Source: Podospora anserina
Taxonomy: Eukaryota
Direction: 5' to 3'
NCBI GenBank assembly: GCA_017654855.1
Contig: CM030338.1
Coordinates: forward strand, 2,480,001-2,544,000
Length of the DNA: 64,000 nucleotides
This document shows positions 50,557-63,110 of this stretch, one piece after another. The position numbers and the translations under genes were made by a program. The notes under the pieces were generated by a model. That model was not told where the DNA came from and did not search any database. It saw only the letters and a list, made by a program, of their open reading frames with translations. Position 1 is the first letter of the stretch, and each line of letters begins with the position of its first letter.

Positions 50557-52235
50557 TTTCGTGGTGTGTCTGCTTGTCGTCTTGCGGTGATCCAGTGGTA
50601 TTGATAGTTCCGTCCCCTTTCTCAGTCTCTTTCCTTAGCTTCCTTACTTTTTCCCGATGCAATGGGTCCTAACCCAGCCCAAGAGCCCCTAGTGAGGACT
50701 CAGTCGCAGCGCATATTGCCGTGGGTGTCGTCGCAAGAAAGCACCAGCGGGGGGCAGCGAACGGCCGGGAGCCGTCCGCAACGACGCTCTTGTAAAACAC
50801 CTGAATTGAGAAGAGGGCCGCGGTACCGGGACTCTGGTAAAGCGACGCTGGTGAAGGTGGCGGGTGATCTTCGTTTCTGTGATGTCAAGTTAAACTCGTA
50901 GGTTACTGAAGGCCAGTTAAGGCGGCTTCTTGTTCACTCCACTGTAGACCAACTCAGGCCCCAGGAGTGAACGAGGAGTAGAAAACGTTGAATCGATGGT
51001 GCCCGCCAGTTTGTGATGACGAAGCAGTCGAGACAGCCTGTGCGACTCGGGACCCGTATATATGTCGCAAATTCGGCGCGCTATCGTGATGGTCTGATCA
51101 AACCAGCTTCTGGGGTCGAAATTATCGGCGCTGACTTCTATGAAACAATATTGATGCAAGCTGGCTAATGGCGGTAGTTGCTAAGGAGAACAGTCGGCAG
51201 GCATGGCCTGTTCCTAGGTAGCTAGGTTGCGGATGTTGGTGATGAGTGATAATTAGGTAGTGCAAGGAGAAAAAGAGCAAAGCAGGTTGACCGCGTTTTG
51301 AAGCTGACAGTCAGATATGCCGAGCATATGACGTTCCTGATTCACTCAAGGATAAGGGGCTGCGCCACAGGTGAATTTCTTAAATAAACCCCTGTAGGAA
51401 TGCGAATTCACTCCGCTTGACAGGGAGAGGTGACTTCTCAACGGTCACCAGGTTTGTCGAGGAAGATGTTGTAGGATGGGATGGAAGGGGGAGGGATGGA
51501 GGGATAGTGCTCTGGGCCCGGCGATGGATTTTCACTTTTTGGCCTCTGCTCAAAGAAATTCCAAGTTGTTGGTCAGGAGGGCTTTCCTTGACATTGACTT
51601 TGCACGGGATGGAAAAAGTTTGGCCACTTAGCGCCGCCGGCGTTAGTCATCGCTAACCAAAAGCCCGCAATTCGGGTATCAAAGGGCCAAGAGACTCTTG
51701 TCATAGAATTGCGTACGTAAACAGGGCAGAACGCCTCCATCGTCAGGAGAGCAGCTAGAAAGCTCGATGACGCTCCATCCGAGAGATAAGCTCACATTCC
51801 CAATTCCTCCCTTCCACTGCCAGTGAGGAGAGATGTCAACCCCATCCCGTCAATAATACAGCAGCACATGCACTGCACAGGTGCATGATAGGGGAGTTGT
51901 GTTCAGCCTCAACAGGGGCTGTTGGGCTTCGACGCAGTAGCGACCTCCCCAAATGCACTAAATCTTCCGGGAAGTGGGGCTTATATGTACATTCTGATTG
52001 GCCAGTCGCATACAGGCACACGGTGCCCTGTCCTGTGCGCTGCCGGAGGGCAAGTGCAAGCGGCACGTCCCCCAGAAGACACGTTGAAACCAATTGCAGA
52101 TCCACTCTTTTGACATCAATCACTGTGGACCAGACCACGGCGCATCACAGACAATTCATATCAATCGCGATAGCAACGACGACCTCAATCGCCAGTTCCC
52201 TGTCCAAAGTCCAGACTCATCCTTGATAACTCAAG

Positions 52236-52660
52236 ATGGCGGAACAACTCCTCGAGCAAGCCCGCGACATCTTTGAAGGCCAGATTGTACTTCCCTCCAT
52301 CTTCCACAACAATCACCTGTCCCCCCCAAGCTAACTTATACATCCCAGGACTTCGAAGGCCAAAAGCTAGTAGAGAATCTCGTCAACATCTCGCTCTCGA
52401 TAGTAGGGGTACGATTCTACCACAATCCCCTTTTCCAGCAGACAGCACTAACTTCACCCCAGGCAATCGCCTTCCTTGTCGGCTACTTCCTCCAAGACAT
52501 CAAGCTCGCCGTCTACATCGGTCTCGCCGGCACCGCCGCCACTTTTCTTCTTACCGTCCCTCCCTGGCCAATCTACAACAAGAATCCCGTCAAGTGGTTG
52601 CCGGTAGCGGGAGCCGCACCACCAACGAATATAGTTATCGATGAAAAGATGCTGCGGTGA
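52236..52660 (+). CDS. SPC1: Signal peptidase complex subunit Spc1/SPC12
   Basis: Not in the ORF track. Exons 52236-52286, 52349-52408, 52463-52660 give MAEQLLEQARDIFEGQI-DFEGQKL...AFLVGYFLQD...VPPWPIYNKNPVKWL. Confidence 0.9.
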
Positions 52661-53164
52661 GGGAATCGGACGAGGCTATGTGTATTTCTGAGAGCAGTTC
52701 AATTTATGGTTTTAGTGAAATGCGGTTAGCATTCGGGACATTATCTTTTGCATTCTCCAGGGCTTGATTTACATGGGGAGGGACATCAGCGTCCGTTGGT
52801 GGCTTTGGCAGCATAGATGTGGGAACACTTCATGGCCGGACTTTAAACACAGATGTTGGTGTCTGTCTTTCTGCTAACTAGCACCAAAGTTCTGGATGAC
52901 CACCAAATCGGTGTCTTGATACTGGCACACCAAGTGTGATCGTGAACGTCGTTGAATTCCTCTAAGCAGGGGAATTCCCATATCGTGAACTCCTCTTACG
53001 AGGCAAGACTCAAGTACATGTGCTCGTGTTGTAAACCCAGTCCCAAACTCCCAAATTATCACCAGTCGTCTGTGTCCCTTCGCTTGTGCCATATTCCAAC
53101 ATTGTGACAGCTGTGTTGTTCGGGCAATATCCCTTCCAAGCTCCGCCTTTCAATTTCAGAAACT

Positions 53165-53660
<496 letters not shown>

Positions 53661-55213
53661 GGTTGTTTGTCGTCGTTTTGCGAAACGGGGTCGAAGTGGT
53701 GGACAAGTTGGTGTTTTGTTTTCTGAAATCTGCGATGCGGGGGGAAAGTTTGGTCTGCCTTCGCTGGTTGTGCTGAAATCGCAGCTACCAGGCAGCGTTG
53801 GTCAGTCTCCGCTTTGGCTTGTTATTGGTGCAGGAGAGGCGGCAGAAAGGTGTTGGGCTTATTATGACATCAACCACGAACCAGAGGCAAGTAATCTCCT
53901 TGAGAATATCTTATCAAAAACTAACAACCTCTTTCCCCACGATCTAGTGAAAGACTCGTTCTTCCAAGAGCGCCTGGTAAATCCAAATCCACCAGGCAAC
54001 TGCAAGTCGCAGCCGCCGTCGGGCTGAGTTGACGGCCCCGCCACAACCCCGCGCCGACTGATGTGTCAGGCTGGATAAATGCATACCAACCAGGATCATT
54101 GCATAGAGGCCCCGTATGATGCAAATCATGCAGTGCGCTAGAAACCGGGACTTTCTCTTGCCGTCTTGCAACGATGGACCCTGGCGGATACCACCCTAAT
54201 AAATACATTGATCGCTTCACTGGCAGAGACGTCATGATCCAGATCATCTATCTACATTGGGCTTGAAGCAGAGGAGAATCATAACGACTTGTCATGTTGG
54301 TTTGGGCTGTTGGGCTGCCTGAACAAACACCTGAAGTGAGGCCTACCAAGCAATGCCGGGCAGAGCGAGCTTGGCAGCTGGGACAAAGACGGGAGCAAAA
54401 GTGGGCAGTTGGGGGCAGTCACAGCCACTCTCTCTGCGTTCAGCATTCCATCAGCCAAGAAATGGTCCCTCTTGGGTGGTCATCCTGTTAACCGTCGCAA
54501 TGAATGATAAGGGTTTCAAGGTCTTGAGAGTTAATCTAAGCCATGTGAGCCGGGGCAGTTTGAGTTTCAACGTTTTTTTTTTGTTGTTTTTTTTTTTTGC
54601 GAGAGCCTCAAGGGAGTCTAGTAGACAATTAAACGCACAAAATGAAGGGTTTGATGGCGAGTAAGTTGGCAAGGAGCAATGCTGCTCCCTCATTGGACCT
54701 CTTGCAAGAGTGAATGCGGTTCGCGGTTACAGGAAAGGGTGCGCGGGCCAAGGGCCCGATGGAATTCAGGCCTGGCTGCCAGGTCAGCCTGCCCGATCGG
54801 CGACAGCATTAAATATGCGGTATCCTAGGGAAGCCCCAGCTGCTTGACTCCTCCCGCCTCCATCGCGATTCTCTTTCCTACCACAATAAACAAACCCCTC
54901 AAAAAACACCCCAAAAACAACATGCGCAGAGAAGCGACCGCCGAAAAATTCATCATTGCCAATTCCAGTAGTCTTACCGAGTCATCAACAAGGACCAGCG
55001 CTCCATTTGCCCTCCGATCAACCGTCACGTCGACGTTGTCGAGCAGAGTCGTTCCCCGCCCGCCCATCCCATAAATCGTCACTTGGAGCACACAAGTCAC
55101 AGACCCTCTGCTCGCCGCCCGCAAACGGTCTATCTAACCTTGAGGTTATCGCTTTCTGATCGACTATAAATCCCTCTTTCCCATCTCTACCCGCGGGACT
55201 TTCTCTTACCACT

Positions 55214-56479
55214 ATGCTGCAGCAGCAACAACGACAACCGCACGAACAACTGCGTGCTAAGCACACTCCAGGGAGACGGCGACCAAAGCGCCCGGGGAAC
55301 TCTCCCGCCCTCAAAAACTATGCTTCGGAAAACGATGTGCCTAGCGATGCGTGCGCACCGGTTGACCTCGGCATTCCGCTGACGCCACAGAAATCTGTGT
55401 CAAACAGCCCTGCACCCGTCTCGTCGTCGCAAGCGCAACCCAATCAATCCGGCAAGCCCAAAGGTCGCACTGCGAACAACAAGCCGCGCCCAAAGTCAGG
55501 CCCTTCGACATCGCCTGTTCCAGCCAGGCATGGTCGCAACTCTCCTCCCGAATCGGCTCCCGCAAAGGCCGCGGGCCTCCCTGCTGCGTATGCTGGTGCA
55601 ACATTTCATGCGTCGCCGGCTCCTGCTTCCCTCCCGATTCCCAGTTTTCTCGCTGCCAAGGCCTTGGATTCGCCCGGTATTAAGGACACCGGCCGCGTCA
55701 GTTCAGAGCCTTCGCCTCCTGCCACCGATACCGAGGCTTCTACCCCTCGGCAGAGGATCATGAGCGCTGAAATCACACGAGAAGAATCGCCGCTTGATTT
55801 CTTTTTTAAGGCTCACAGAGCTGAAAAGGAGAGCGAGGCCCGCAGGGCGAGCACGGCAAATATCTCGATTCCTCCATCTAGCATGTATTCGCCACCAGCC
55901 CAGCCGCAATCTCCTTTGGCCCCTAGGACAGTCCCGAACGGCATTGATGCCCGTCGTCACCAGCGACCAGTATATCAGCGGAATGGATCAAGCGGAATTT
56001 CAACTTCGGAGTTGGACGGCAACCCAAGAGCCCCCATTGGACCAGCCTTCTCGACACCTTATAACGACAGGCTTCGGGCAGCAGGACGCATCAATGAAAA
56101 GCAGGCCAACTCTCCACAGAGCACCTTTCATCAGCAGCAACAGTTCGCCCCTCCCCAACAGTCATCGCCGGCAGATGCCACAGAGAGGCTCAAACAGTAT
56201 CTTGCCATTGGTTCTCAACCACCGATCAAGTTGGATTTCACCAAAGCATCATCCCAACCCAAAAATCAGGCTCCTCCCAAGCCAATCACTTTGGAGTACA
56301 CCCGCTCGGGCCCGGCACCCGACATTCCCAGGCAGTACCCCGTTGCCGGGCATGCTAGACCTGAGTACAGCCGACCGGCAGACCTTGTGGACGCAGAAGA
56401 TCATCTTCGTCGTGTGTTGAAGATTGACGGACTGAATCTAGGAGGAGCGCGCCTTCCAACAAATTATCAGAGCTCCTAA
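55214..56479 (+). CDS. Disordered Pro/Ser-rich protein with PNRC/Edc1-type YAGxxF..LPxP motif (putative mRNA decapping activator)
   Basis: 421-aa intronless ORF with YAGATFHASPAPASLPIPSF at ~55589-55648 and short Leu-rich helices (LKQYLAI, LRRVLKI). Confidence 0.75.
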   Translation: MLQQQQRQPHEQLRAKHTPGRRRPKRPGNSPALKNYASENDVPSDACAPVDLGIPLTPQKSVSNSPAPVSSSQAQPNQSGKPKGRTANNKPRPKSGPSTSPVPARHGRNSPPESAPAKAAGLPAAYAGATFHASPAPASLPIPSFLAAKALDSPGIKDTGRVSSEPSPPATDTEASTPRQRIMSAEITREESPLDFFFKAHRAEKESEARRASTANISIPPSSMYSPPAQPQSPLAPRTVPNGIDARRHQRPVYQRNGSSGISTSELDGNPRAPIGPAFSTPYNDRLRAAGRINEKQANSPQSTFHQQQQFAPPQQSSPADATERLKQYLAIGSQPPIKLDFTKASSQPKNQAPPKPITLEYTRSGPAPDIPRQYPVAGHARPEYSRPADLVDAEDHLRRVLKIDGLNLGGARLPTNYQSS

Positions 56480-57306
56480 GTTCTGGTGCAAATCTGCAAC
56501 GGAACGCCATTTCTTGGCAAGATCCTGCATTAGGGCAGGGCATCTCATCTGTTTCATTTACCTTTTCCATGTTATTGGTTTTGTTACCTCTCTCCATTCT
56601 GGGCGTTTAGGGTATTTGTTTTTCTACGACACCAGGCACGGCATGGCGATCACGATTATTTCAGGGCTTTCAGTGCGATACGGTGGCGGACTTGGTCTCC
56701 TGGGCGAAGGGGTTACGGCGGCTCGTCACAGGGTTCTGGGGTTCTTTTTACTATCATGATTCGGATATGGTCGGTCCCTTGGGAGTTGATTTTTCATTCA
56801 TTTTCAGGAGCAATCGTCTGGATTTTTGGCATCATTATCTTTGATCAGAAGGAGTCACTTTGACTTTCCTTTTCCTCACCCCTTTTGATGCCGAGTTTTT
56901 GAGGCGAACAACAAACGGGTGGCTTATCAGTTGAAGAAGAAAGACGTTATAGATTTCTTTCCTATCTACGGCTAACTTCTACTACGATACACCGAGGGCG
57001 GCGAGGATGGCATTGGGACTTTCTCTTTTTAGCGATGGGTTTCTCCGGGTTTTTCTCAAACCACATTGGCAGGCGAGCATGGCGGGCATCTTTCGATTTA
57101 AGACGAGGGGTTGGGATTTGGAAAACGGATGGTTTCCCGAATGGGAACAAACGAGGCTTTGTTTGCGCCTCTTCCAAGTTCCTACCCCGCGCTTCTCGAA
57201 TCTATCACGATCAACGACGACAATGTCATCATCATCATCATCATTCGCTTCTTTTGCTGTTCATCGACATACATCACCAACCCACGACGATACCACGTTG
57301 CATCCA

Positions 57307-57415
57307 GCCAGCAAAGCCAGCAAAGCCAGCAAAGCCAGCAAAGCCAGCAAAGCCAGCAAGCCAGCAAAGCCAGCAAAGCCAGCAAAGCCAGCAAAGCCAG
57401 CAAAGCCAGCAAAGC
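57307..57415 (+). repeat. 9-bp tandem repeat (GCCAGCAAA)x~12, one 8-nt unit
   Basis: Direct observation. It explains the spurious ASK/PAK/SQQ ORFs. Confidence 0.95.
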
Positions 57416-58912
57416 GAACCATCATTCAATCTTTTTTATATCTCTCTTTCCTCCTCTTCGGTTCATCGTTGTTTCATTCGAAACATGGGAGTTCACGAAA
57501 AGGGGGGCAGACGGGACCTGCCTTACCACCTGACCTCATCAGTTTTTTTTTGAGGTGAAGCACTTGGGTTGTTGTTTTTTCATCAAAATGATACCCCATT
57601 ACTGCACTCAACCAACCCGGGAAATTTTTCACTGGCTTTTTTTTCTTCTTCTCTTTTTGGTCAAATGTTGGGTGGGAAACTTTGTACTTATTTTGCTGAC
57701 TCTTTTTTTTTTTTGCTTTTGTGGTTAAAGGGAGTTTTGCTTGGGGGGAGATTAGGTTTCTCTGTCCTGTTTACTACTAATACAGGTGGTGGTTGGCGGC
57801 GAGGGTGGGAATTGCTGCTGTTGTTTTTTTCCAGGAGTGTGTAGGGGAGGGGGGTGTTTAAGGCACCAAGCGGCGGGGTGTCTTTCAAATTAGGGTTGAG
57901 GGTGGGAATGAACGATGACTGGGAGGAATGGGACAGGAACTCGATGGGGAAGATGGTATGGATGGTTGAGTGGATAGGTGGTGGGTGTAGGGTGGAGGAG
58001 TTGCGGTGGTGATGATGATGATGATTTTGGATGGCACTTTTGCTCTCTGCCGAGGGTGAGAAGACTTGGCGGGCCTTATGGGTGAGGATAGTTGAACGAT
58101 GGACGATGGCCAGATGTGGGATATGGTGTAGCTTTATGGGGAGGGGTTATAGGGGTCTGCACAAGAGTAGGTGGTGGAGATGATGAAGAAGTGGGTGAGT
58201 GAACGAGCAAGAAGAGGCAGAAGAAGGGGAATGGCCAGGGAGGTGTGCAGAGATGGGGAGTGAAGAAGATCCGCAAGATGACGGGGGGGCAGGATGGCAA
58301 GGGGTACGGACACACACAAAAAACGAACGACTAACCGATCTCTCTCGAATATGGTTATTCTATCACACGATTACCTCGCGCTTTTCATGGGCAAATGCAA
58401 CGTCCTCGCTGATCAAGCGGAAACTCTTGGGGGAGGGTGGGTGGGGGAGAAGAGAAAACAAAAGAAAGAAAAAACTTTTTGGGAGGGAAATATATGGTGG
58501 GAGGATAACGCATGGACAAGAGAACCAGTTATTAGCAGACATAGTTTCGTGAAATGTCAGCAGCCATCATATTTTTTCCGCTATTTTTGGTGTTTTCCGA
58601 AGGGGAGGAGGAACTGTGATGTGATTTGTGAGACTGAAGTTATCTTGTGTAATTGGGTCATGAACACAGCGCGCGAACACGGCATTAGATTACATGAGGG
58701 TTTGTTACTCAATCTGGATGGTTCTGAGAGAATGAATGGCTATGAAGCAAAGATTTTGGATGTTGTAGCCGGGGGAGCCGGTCCCTATGACCTGGTAAGT
58801 ACCCGACCTTGCCCCACGGGGGTACGAGCTTTGCGGCCCGCAGCCAGGGGACGGGTGATACTCCTCTGGAGGTTTTTGGGATGGGATACAAGGCAGCTAG
58901 AATTTTTTCAAG

Positions 58913-58913
<1 letters not shown>

Positions 58914-58978
<65 letters not shown>
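58914..58978 (+). repeat. (GT)n microsatellite (~32 units)
   Basis: Direct observation. Confidence 0.97.
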
Positions 58979-58979
<1 letters not shown>

Positions 58980-59022
58980 TCACTCATTATATCCGAGGTG
59001 CTTGCCTTTTGGAGTCTCATGG

Positions 59023-59145
59023 CCGGAAGCGGACCCTGTTTGATTCACATCTTGACCCCCCTCCCTGAGAGAAGAAATGGCCCGCGTTGCCCCGAAGGTT
59101 GTGCTGGCCGCCGAACAGCGGTACAATTCCACCCGCCGACTTCGG
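59023..59145 (+). promoter_or_regulatory. Candidate Leu3/LeuB Zn2Cys6 sites (CCG-N4-CGG) upstream of LEU2
   Basis: CCGGAAGCGG at 59023-59032 and CCGACTTCGG at 59136-59145, plus CCG-N5-CGG at 59111-59121, all 280-400 nt upstream of the ATG. Confidence 0.65.
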
Positions 59146-59425
59146 AAGGCGGGGTCGGGGGATTGGAATTGGCGATCAAGCTTTGGGGAGTTCCAAGTCA
59201 AAAGGGGGCTGCTCGAACATCAGCCTGCTTTGGGATGATTTTTCCTCTGAAAGTTTTATTTTATCTATTTTTGTTGTTTGGGTCTGTTGACAGTTGATTC
59301 AACCCAATCTACGTCATAGCTGTTCTTGGCCTCTCTATACACCTTTTTTTTGCTGCGCCCAAACCCCCGACGTTATCCGACCCCGCTTCTTTTTCCCAGC
59401 TTTGAAAGTTTAAGGAAGAGTAAAA

Positions 59426-60918
59426 ATGGCGACTCACAATATTGTTGTTTTTGGGGGTGATCACTGCGGTCCGGAGGTATGGTTTTGATTTTGGAAGGGA
59501 GAAGGGAGTGGATGACTTGCTGACGAGGGGAAATAGGTTGTTGCCGAGGCTGTCAAGGTCCTCAAGGCGATTGAGACAAATGTGCCGAGCGCGGGCAAGT
59601 TTAACTTGCAGGAGCACTTGTTGGGTGGTGTAAGTTATTTTTCTCTTGCTTCTTGAGGCTAAAGGGGGGTTGGAAAGGGGAGTAGTGCGGTGTAAGGGAG
59701 AGCTCCGCGGTGAGTTCAAGTGAAGTTGTCAAGAGCTCGAGGCTTGAGGTTGAAGCTGGCGGAAAGATAGGGTGGGGAGTTGTTATGCGTTCAAACGCTG
59801 TGCCAGGAGGATGACCCAGGAGCGCAATCCTGGGAGCTTTCAAGCTATCACCATTGCGAGAGTCATAGCTCCAGCCAGCTAATCCACTTCCCTCCAGGCC
59901 TCCATCACCGCCCACAACAGCGCCCTGACCGACGAAGCCCTCGCCGCCGCCAAGGCCGCCGATGCCATCCTCCTCGGCGCCATCGGTGGTCCCGAATGGG
60001 GCCCTTCCTCCCCCGTCCGTCCCGAAGAGGGTATCCTCAAGCTCCGCAAGGAGCTCGGCACCTACGGCAACCTCCGCCCATGCAACTTCGCCTCCGAGTC
60101 CCTCGTCGATTCCTCCCCTCTCAAAGCCGAGGTCTGCCGCGGCACTGACTTCATCGTCGTCCGTGAGTTGACCGGCGGTATCTACTTTGGTGACCGCAAG
60201 GAGGACGACGGTTCCGGTTTCGCCATGGACACCGAGCCCTACTCCCGCCCCGAGATTGAGCGCATCGCCCGTCTGGCTGGTTTCTTGGCTCTGGGCCAGA
60301 ACCCCCCGGCCAAGGTCTGGAGTTTGGACAAGGCCAACGTTTTGGCCACGAGCAGACTGTGGAGAAAGGTTGTGACGGAGGTGTTTGAGAAGGAGTTCCC
60401 TCAGCTGTCGGTGAACCACCAGCTGATTGACTCTGCGGCTATGTTGATGGTCAAGAACCCGAGGGCGCTGAACGGTGTGGTGATCACCAGCAACTTGTTT
60501 GGTGATATTATTAGCGATGAGGCGTCGGTTATTCCGGGGTCGATTGGGCTTTTGCCTAGTGCTTCGTTGGGTGGTATTCCTGATGGGAAGGGCAAGTGCA
60601 ATGGTATTTATGAGCCTATTCACGGTAAGTTCTCTTCGTTCCTCCTTTTTATGTCGCTGCTTGCTGACGAGTGCCTTGTTAGGCTCTGCTCCCGACATCT
60701 CTGGCAAGGGCATTGTCAACCCCGTTGGCACCATCCTCTCCGTTGCCATGATGCTCAAGTACTCTCTCAACCTGCCCAAGGAGGCTGCTGCTGTTGAGGC
60801 TGCTGTTAAGCTGGCTATCGACAACGGTGTCCGCACCAAGGATCTGGGTGGCTCGGCTAGCACAACTGACATGGGTGATGCCGTTGTTGCTGAGCTCGTC
60901 AAACTCCTCAAGGCTTAG
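59426..60918 (+). CDS. LEU2: 3-isopropylmalate dehydrogenase (leucine biosynthesis)
   Basis: Exons 59426-59476, 59537-59629, 59898-60624, 60683-60918. Motifs: [83 protein letters not shown]. Confidence 0.97.
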
Positions 60919-61642
60919 AGAGCTCATAGGATAAAAATGAAGTAAAATAATGAAAATCCATCCTCAGAAACCAGTCAGCAGTCCATCGGTCGTGTATGCT
61001 GCCATTGTATATCTGGCTAACAAAAGGGGCTCTCAACAGCCAGGTATGCCCCCAATATCGGGAAACCAGCCTACCTCTCGAGTACACTCACTCCAAGTTT
61101 CCATGGAAGCATGCCCCACGTCGATCCCGAAGTTTGGAGCGCCCCACACTTGTCAAAAACCTAAAGTGGAACTCCCGAAATGCGGGCCGGACTCGGGAAG
61201 CCAAGGGCAGCCAAGAAGGGCTTGGCGCTTGCTCCCAAGTCCCCGTCATCGGCAGCCTTACCGAGCCGACGGCAACGTCTCATCAGGGGCAAGTGCTTCT
61301 CCATTCATGCGGGCGTTCGATGACTGAATTGAATGAACGTTGTATATATAGCAGCTGTCATTCACTGCAGTCAGTGTCATCAAACTAGGTATTCTCCAAT
61401 TCGAGAAGCAGTCTCAAGGCCATATACTCTAAACCAATCCCATTGACGTGTGATCCCCGCACAATGAGTGAGCCAAGGCAGAACAGCTGACCACTTACAA
61501 ACATCCATTTACGTGGCTCTGCATTTTTTGGAAAGTGGGAAATCACGCATCCATCTTCACTCACTGTCAAGTAGGTAGATATCAATCCATTAATGTTTTC
61601 CATCCACTGTGAACCCTCAACATCGCAATCCAATTCGGCATC

Positions 61643-62728
61643 ATGCCAGAAAACTTCTTCACCCGCAACTCCCTCCCCGAAACTACAGAACGCCTCCTCT
61701 TTGGCACAGCCCTCGCTCGGTTCCCTACCTCTGTGCTCATCGAGCCCGCTGTTCAAGGGTACTGCTCTTACACACTTCTCAACACCACCCAGCAGCTCGT
61801 TTTGCAGTTCCGGCCCGAGAAACATGCCATTGATCTTGAGGTTGCAGCTTTGGCGAGGGGGGTCCATGGGGCTTGGGCGCCGGAGACGGAATTTCTTGGG
61901 TTTGTTGGGGGGAAGGAGGGCGGGAGGATGGGGTTTTATCGTCATGGGTTGATTCCTGGGAGGATTTTGGCGGGTTTTAGGACAGGGGAGGGAGGGGTTG
62001 AGGTGGGTGGGTTGGTGAGGGAGTTGGCGGAGTTTTATGCGCAGGCGTATCGTTATGGTGGGTGTGGTGGTGAACGGAGAGGGAAGGTTGGGGGGAGTTT
62101 GGAGGGGCGGTTGGTGATGTTGAGCGAGGGACTCCCTGCTCGTTTCCGACCGTTTGTGTCTCCTGTTCTTGGAGAGCTTTCTGGGATTGTTGAGCTTCCT
62201 TGGGTGCTTACACATGGGGATTTTAGCGCGGATAATGTTATGGTGAGGTTGGAGAGCGCTGAGAAACGGAAGGAAAGGGGTAAAGGGAGGTCGAGGGGTG
62301 GTGAGAAGTCGAAGCGGGAGTTGAGGTTGAAGGCTGTGATTGACTGGGCCGAGGCTGAGTTTTTGCCGTTTGGGACGGGGTTGTATGGGTTGGAGAGTAT
62401 ACTGGGACATCTTGATCGGCTGAACACGTCTAATGTAGAAGAAGTAGGAGGGAGGTCTCGATTAAGAGAGATATTCTGGTCTGAGTTAGCAAGTCTGATA
62501 CCCCAACTGAAGGCAGATGAGAAATTCTACGAGAGGGTGAAATTGGCCGGTTTGATGGGCGTGCTATTTTGGCATGGGATAGCATTCGACAACGGGGCAC
62601 TTGACCGGGTTGTTGAGGAGGGGAGGGATGATGAGGAGATTGGGCTGTTGGATGAGATTTTGTTTGGTGAGGGGAGTGAAGACTTTGCCGAGTTAAAAAG
62701 CAAAAGAGTCGAAAACTCCAAAAAATGA
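61643..62728 (+). CDS. Aminoglycoside phosphotransferase / choline kinase-like (APH) family protein
   Basis: 361-aa ORF with QGYCSYT, VLQFR, WVLTHGDFSADNVMV and AVIDWAEAEFLPFG. Confidence 0.8.
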   Translation: MPENFFTRNSLPETTERLLFGTALARFPTSVLIEPAVQGYCSYTLLNTTQQLVLQFRPEKHAIDLEVAALARGVHGAWAPETEFLGFVGGKEGGRMGFYRHGLIPGRILAGFRTGEGGVEVGGLVRELAEFYAQAYRYGGCGGERRGKVGGSLEGRLVMLSEGLPARFRPFVSPVLGELSGIVELPWVLTHGDFSADNVMVRLESAEKRKERGKGRSRGGEKSKRELRLKAVIDWAEAEFLPFGTGLYGLESILGHLDRLNTSNVEEVGGRSRLREIFWSELASLIPQLKADEKFYERVKLAGLMGVLFWHGIAFDNGALDRVVEEGRDDEEIGLLDEILFGEGSEDFAELKSKRVENSKK

Positions 62729-63110
62729 ACCCGCAACCTCAGTCCTCAGAGCAGGGAGGTACAGCACGAGCCACATTATATTGTGGTTAAAACCACTGCG
62801 CCAACTCACATCCTATTGAATGTTGCGATACTTGGAGGGGCAGAAAGGGAGCCTATATGCTACTGATGAGAGTGATGGGTTGCTCTTGCCGATTTAGGGG
62901 AGGCATGTGAAATGGGAAGGAGCGACCTGGGTGCTCCTCCCTTGACGGGACACAGGGTCACGCGGCTACCGAGGAATCCCCTCTTTTCCACCACCCCATC
63001 AGTTCTGTTTTTGTGGTAGTGGCCTCACCTCCTTCTATGCTTACTAGTACTTCAACATCCCTATACACCTAAAACCGACCGTTCTACCTAACTCTTTATG
63101 ATAATAGGCC

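Noticed and set aside
57007-57558. ORFs with ASK/PAK/SQQ repeats
   Set aside because: All three frames are open only because of the 9-bp tandem repeat.
59630-59897. TPP riboswitch or snoRNA in LEU2 intron 2
   Set aside because: No TPP core (CTGAGA/ACCTGA) and no convincing C/D or H/ACA boxes; kept only as an unknown structured element.
59601-60911. 436-aa antisense ORF over LEU2
   Set aside because: Shadow frame produced by strong codon bias of the sense gene; no recognisable domain.
61385-62410. 341-aa antisense ORF
   Set aside because: Shadow of the APH-family gene.
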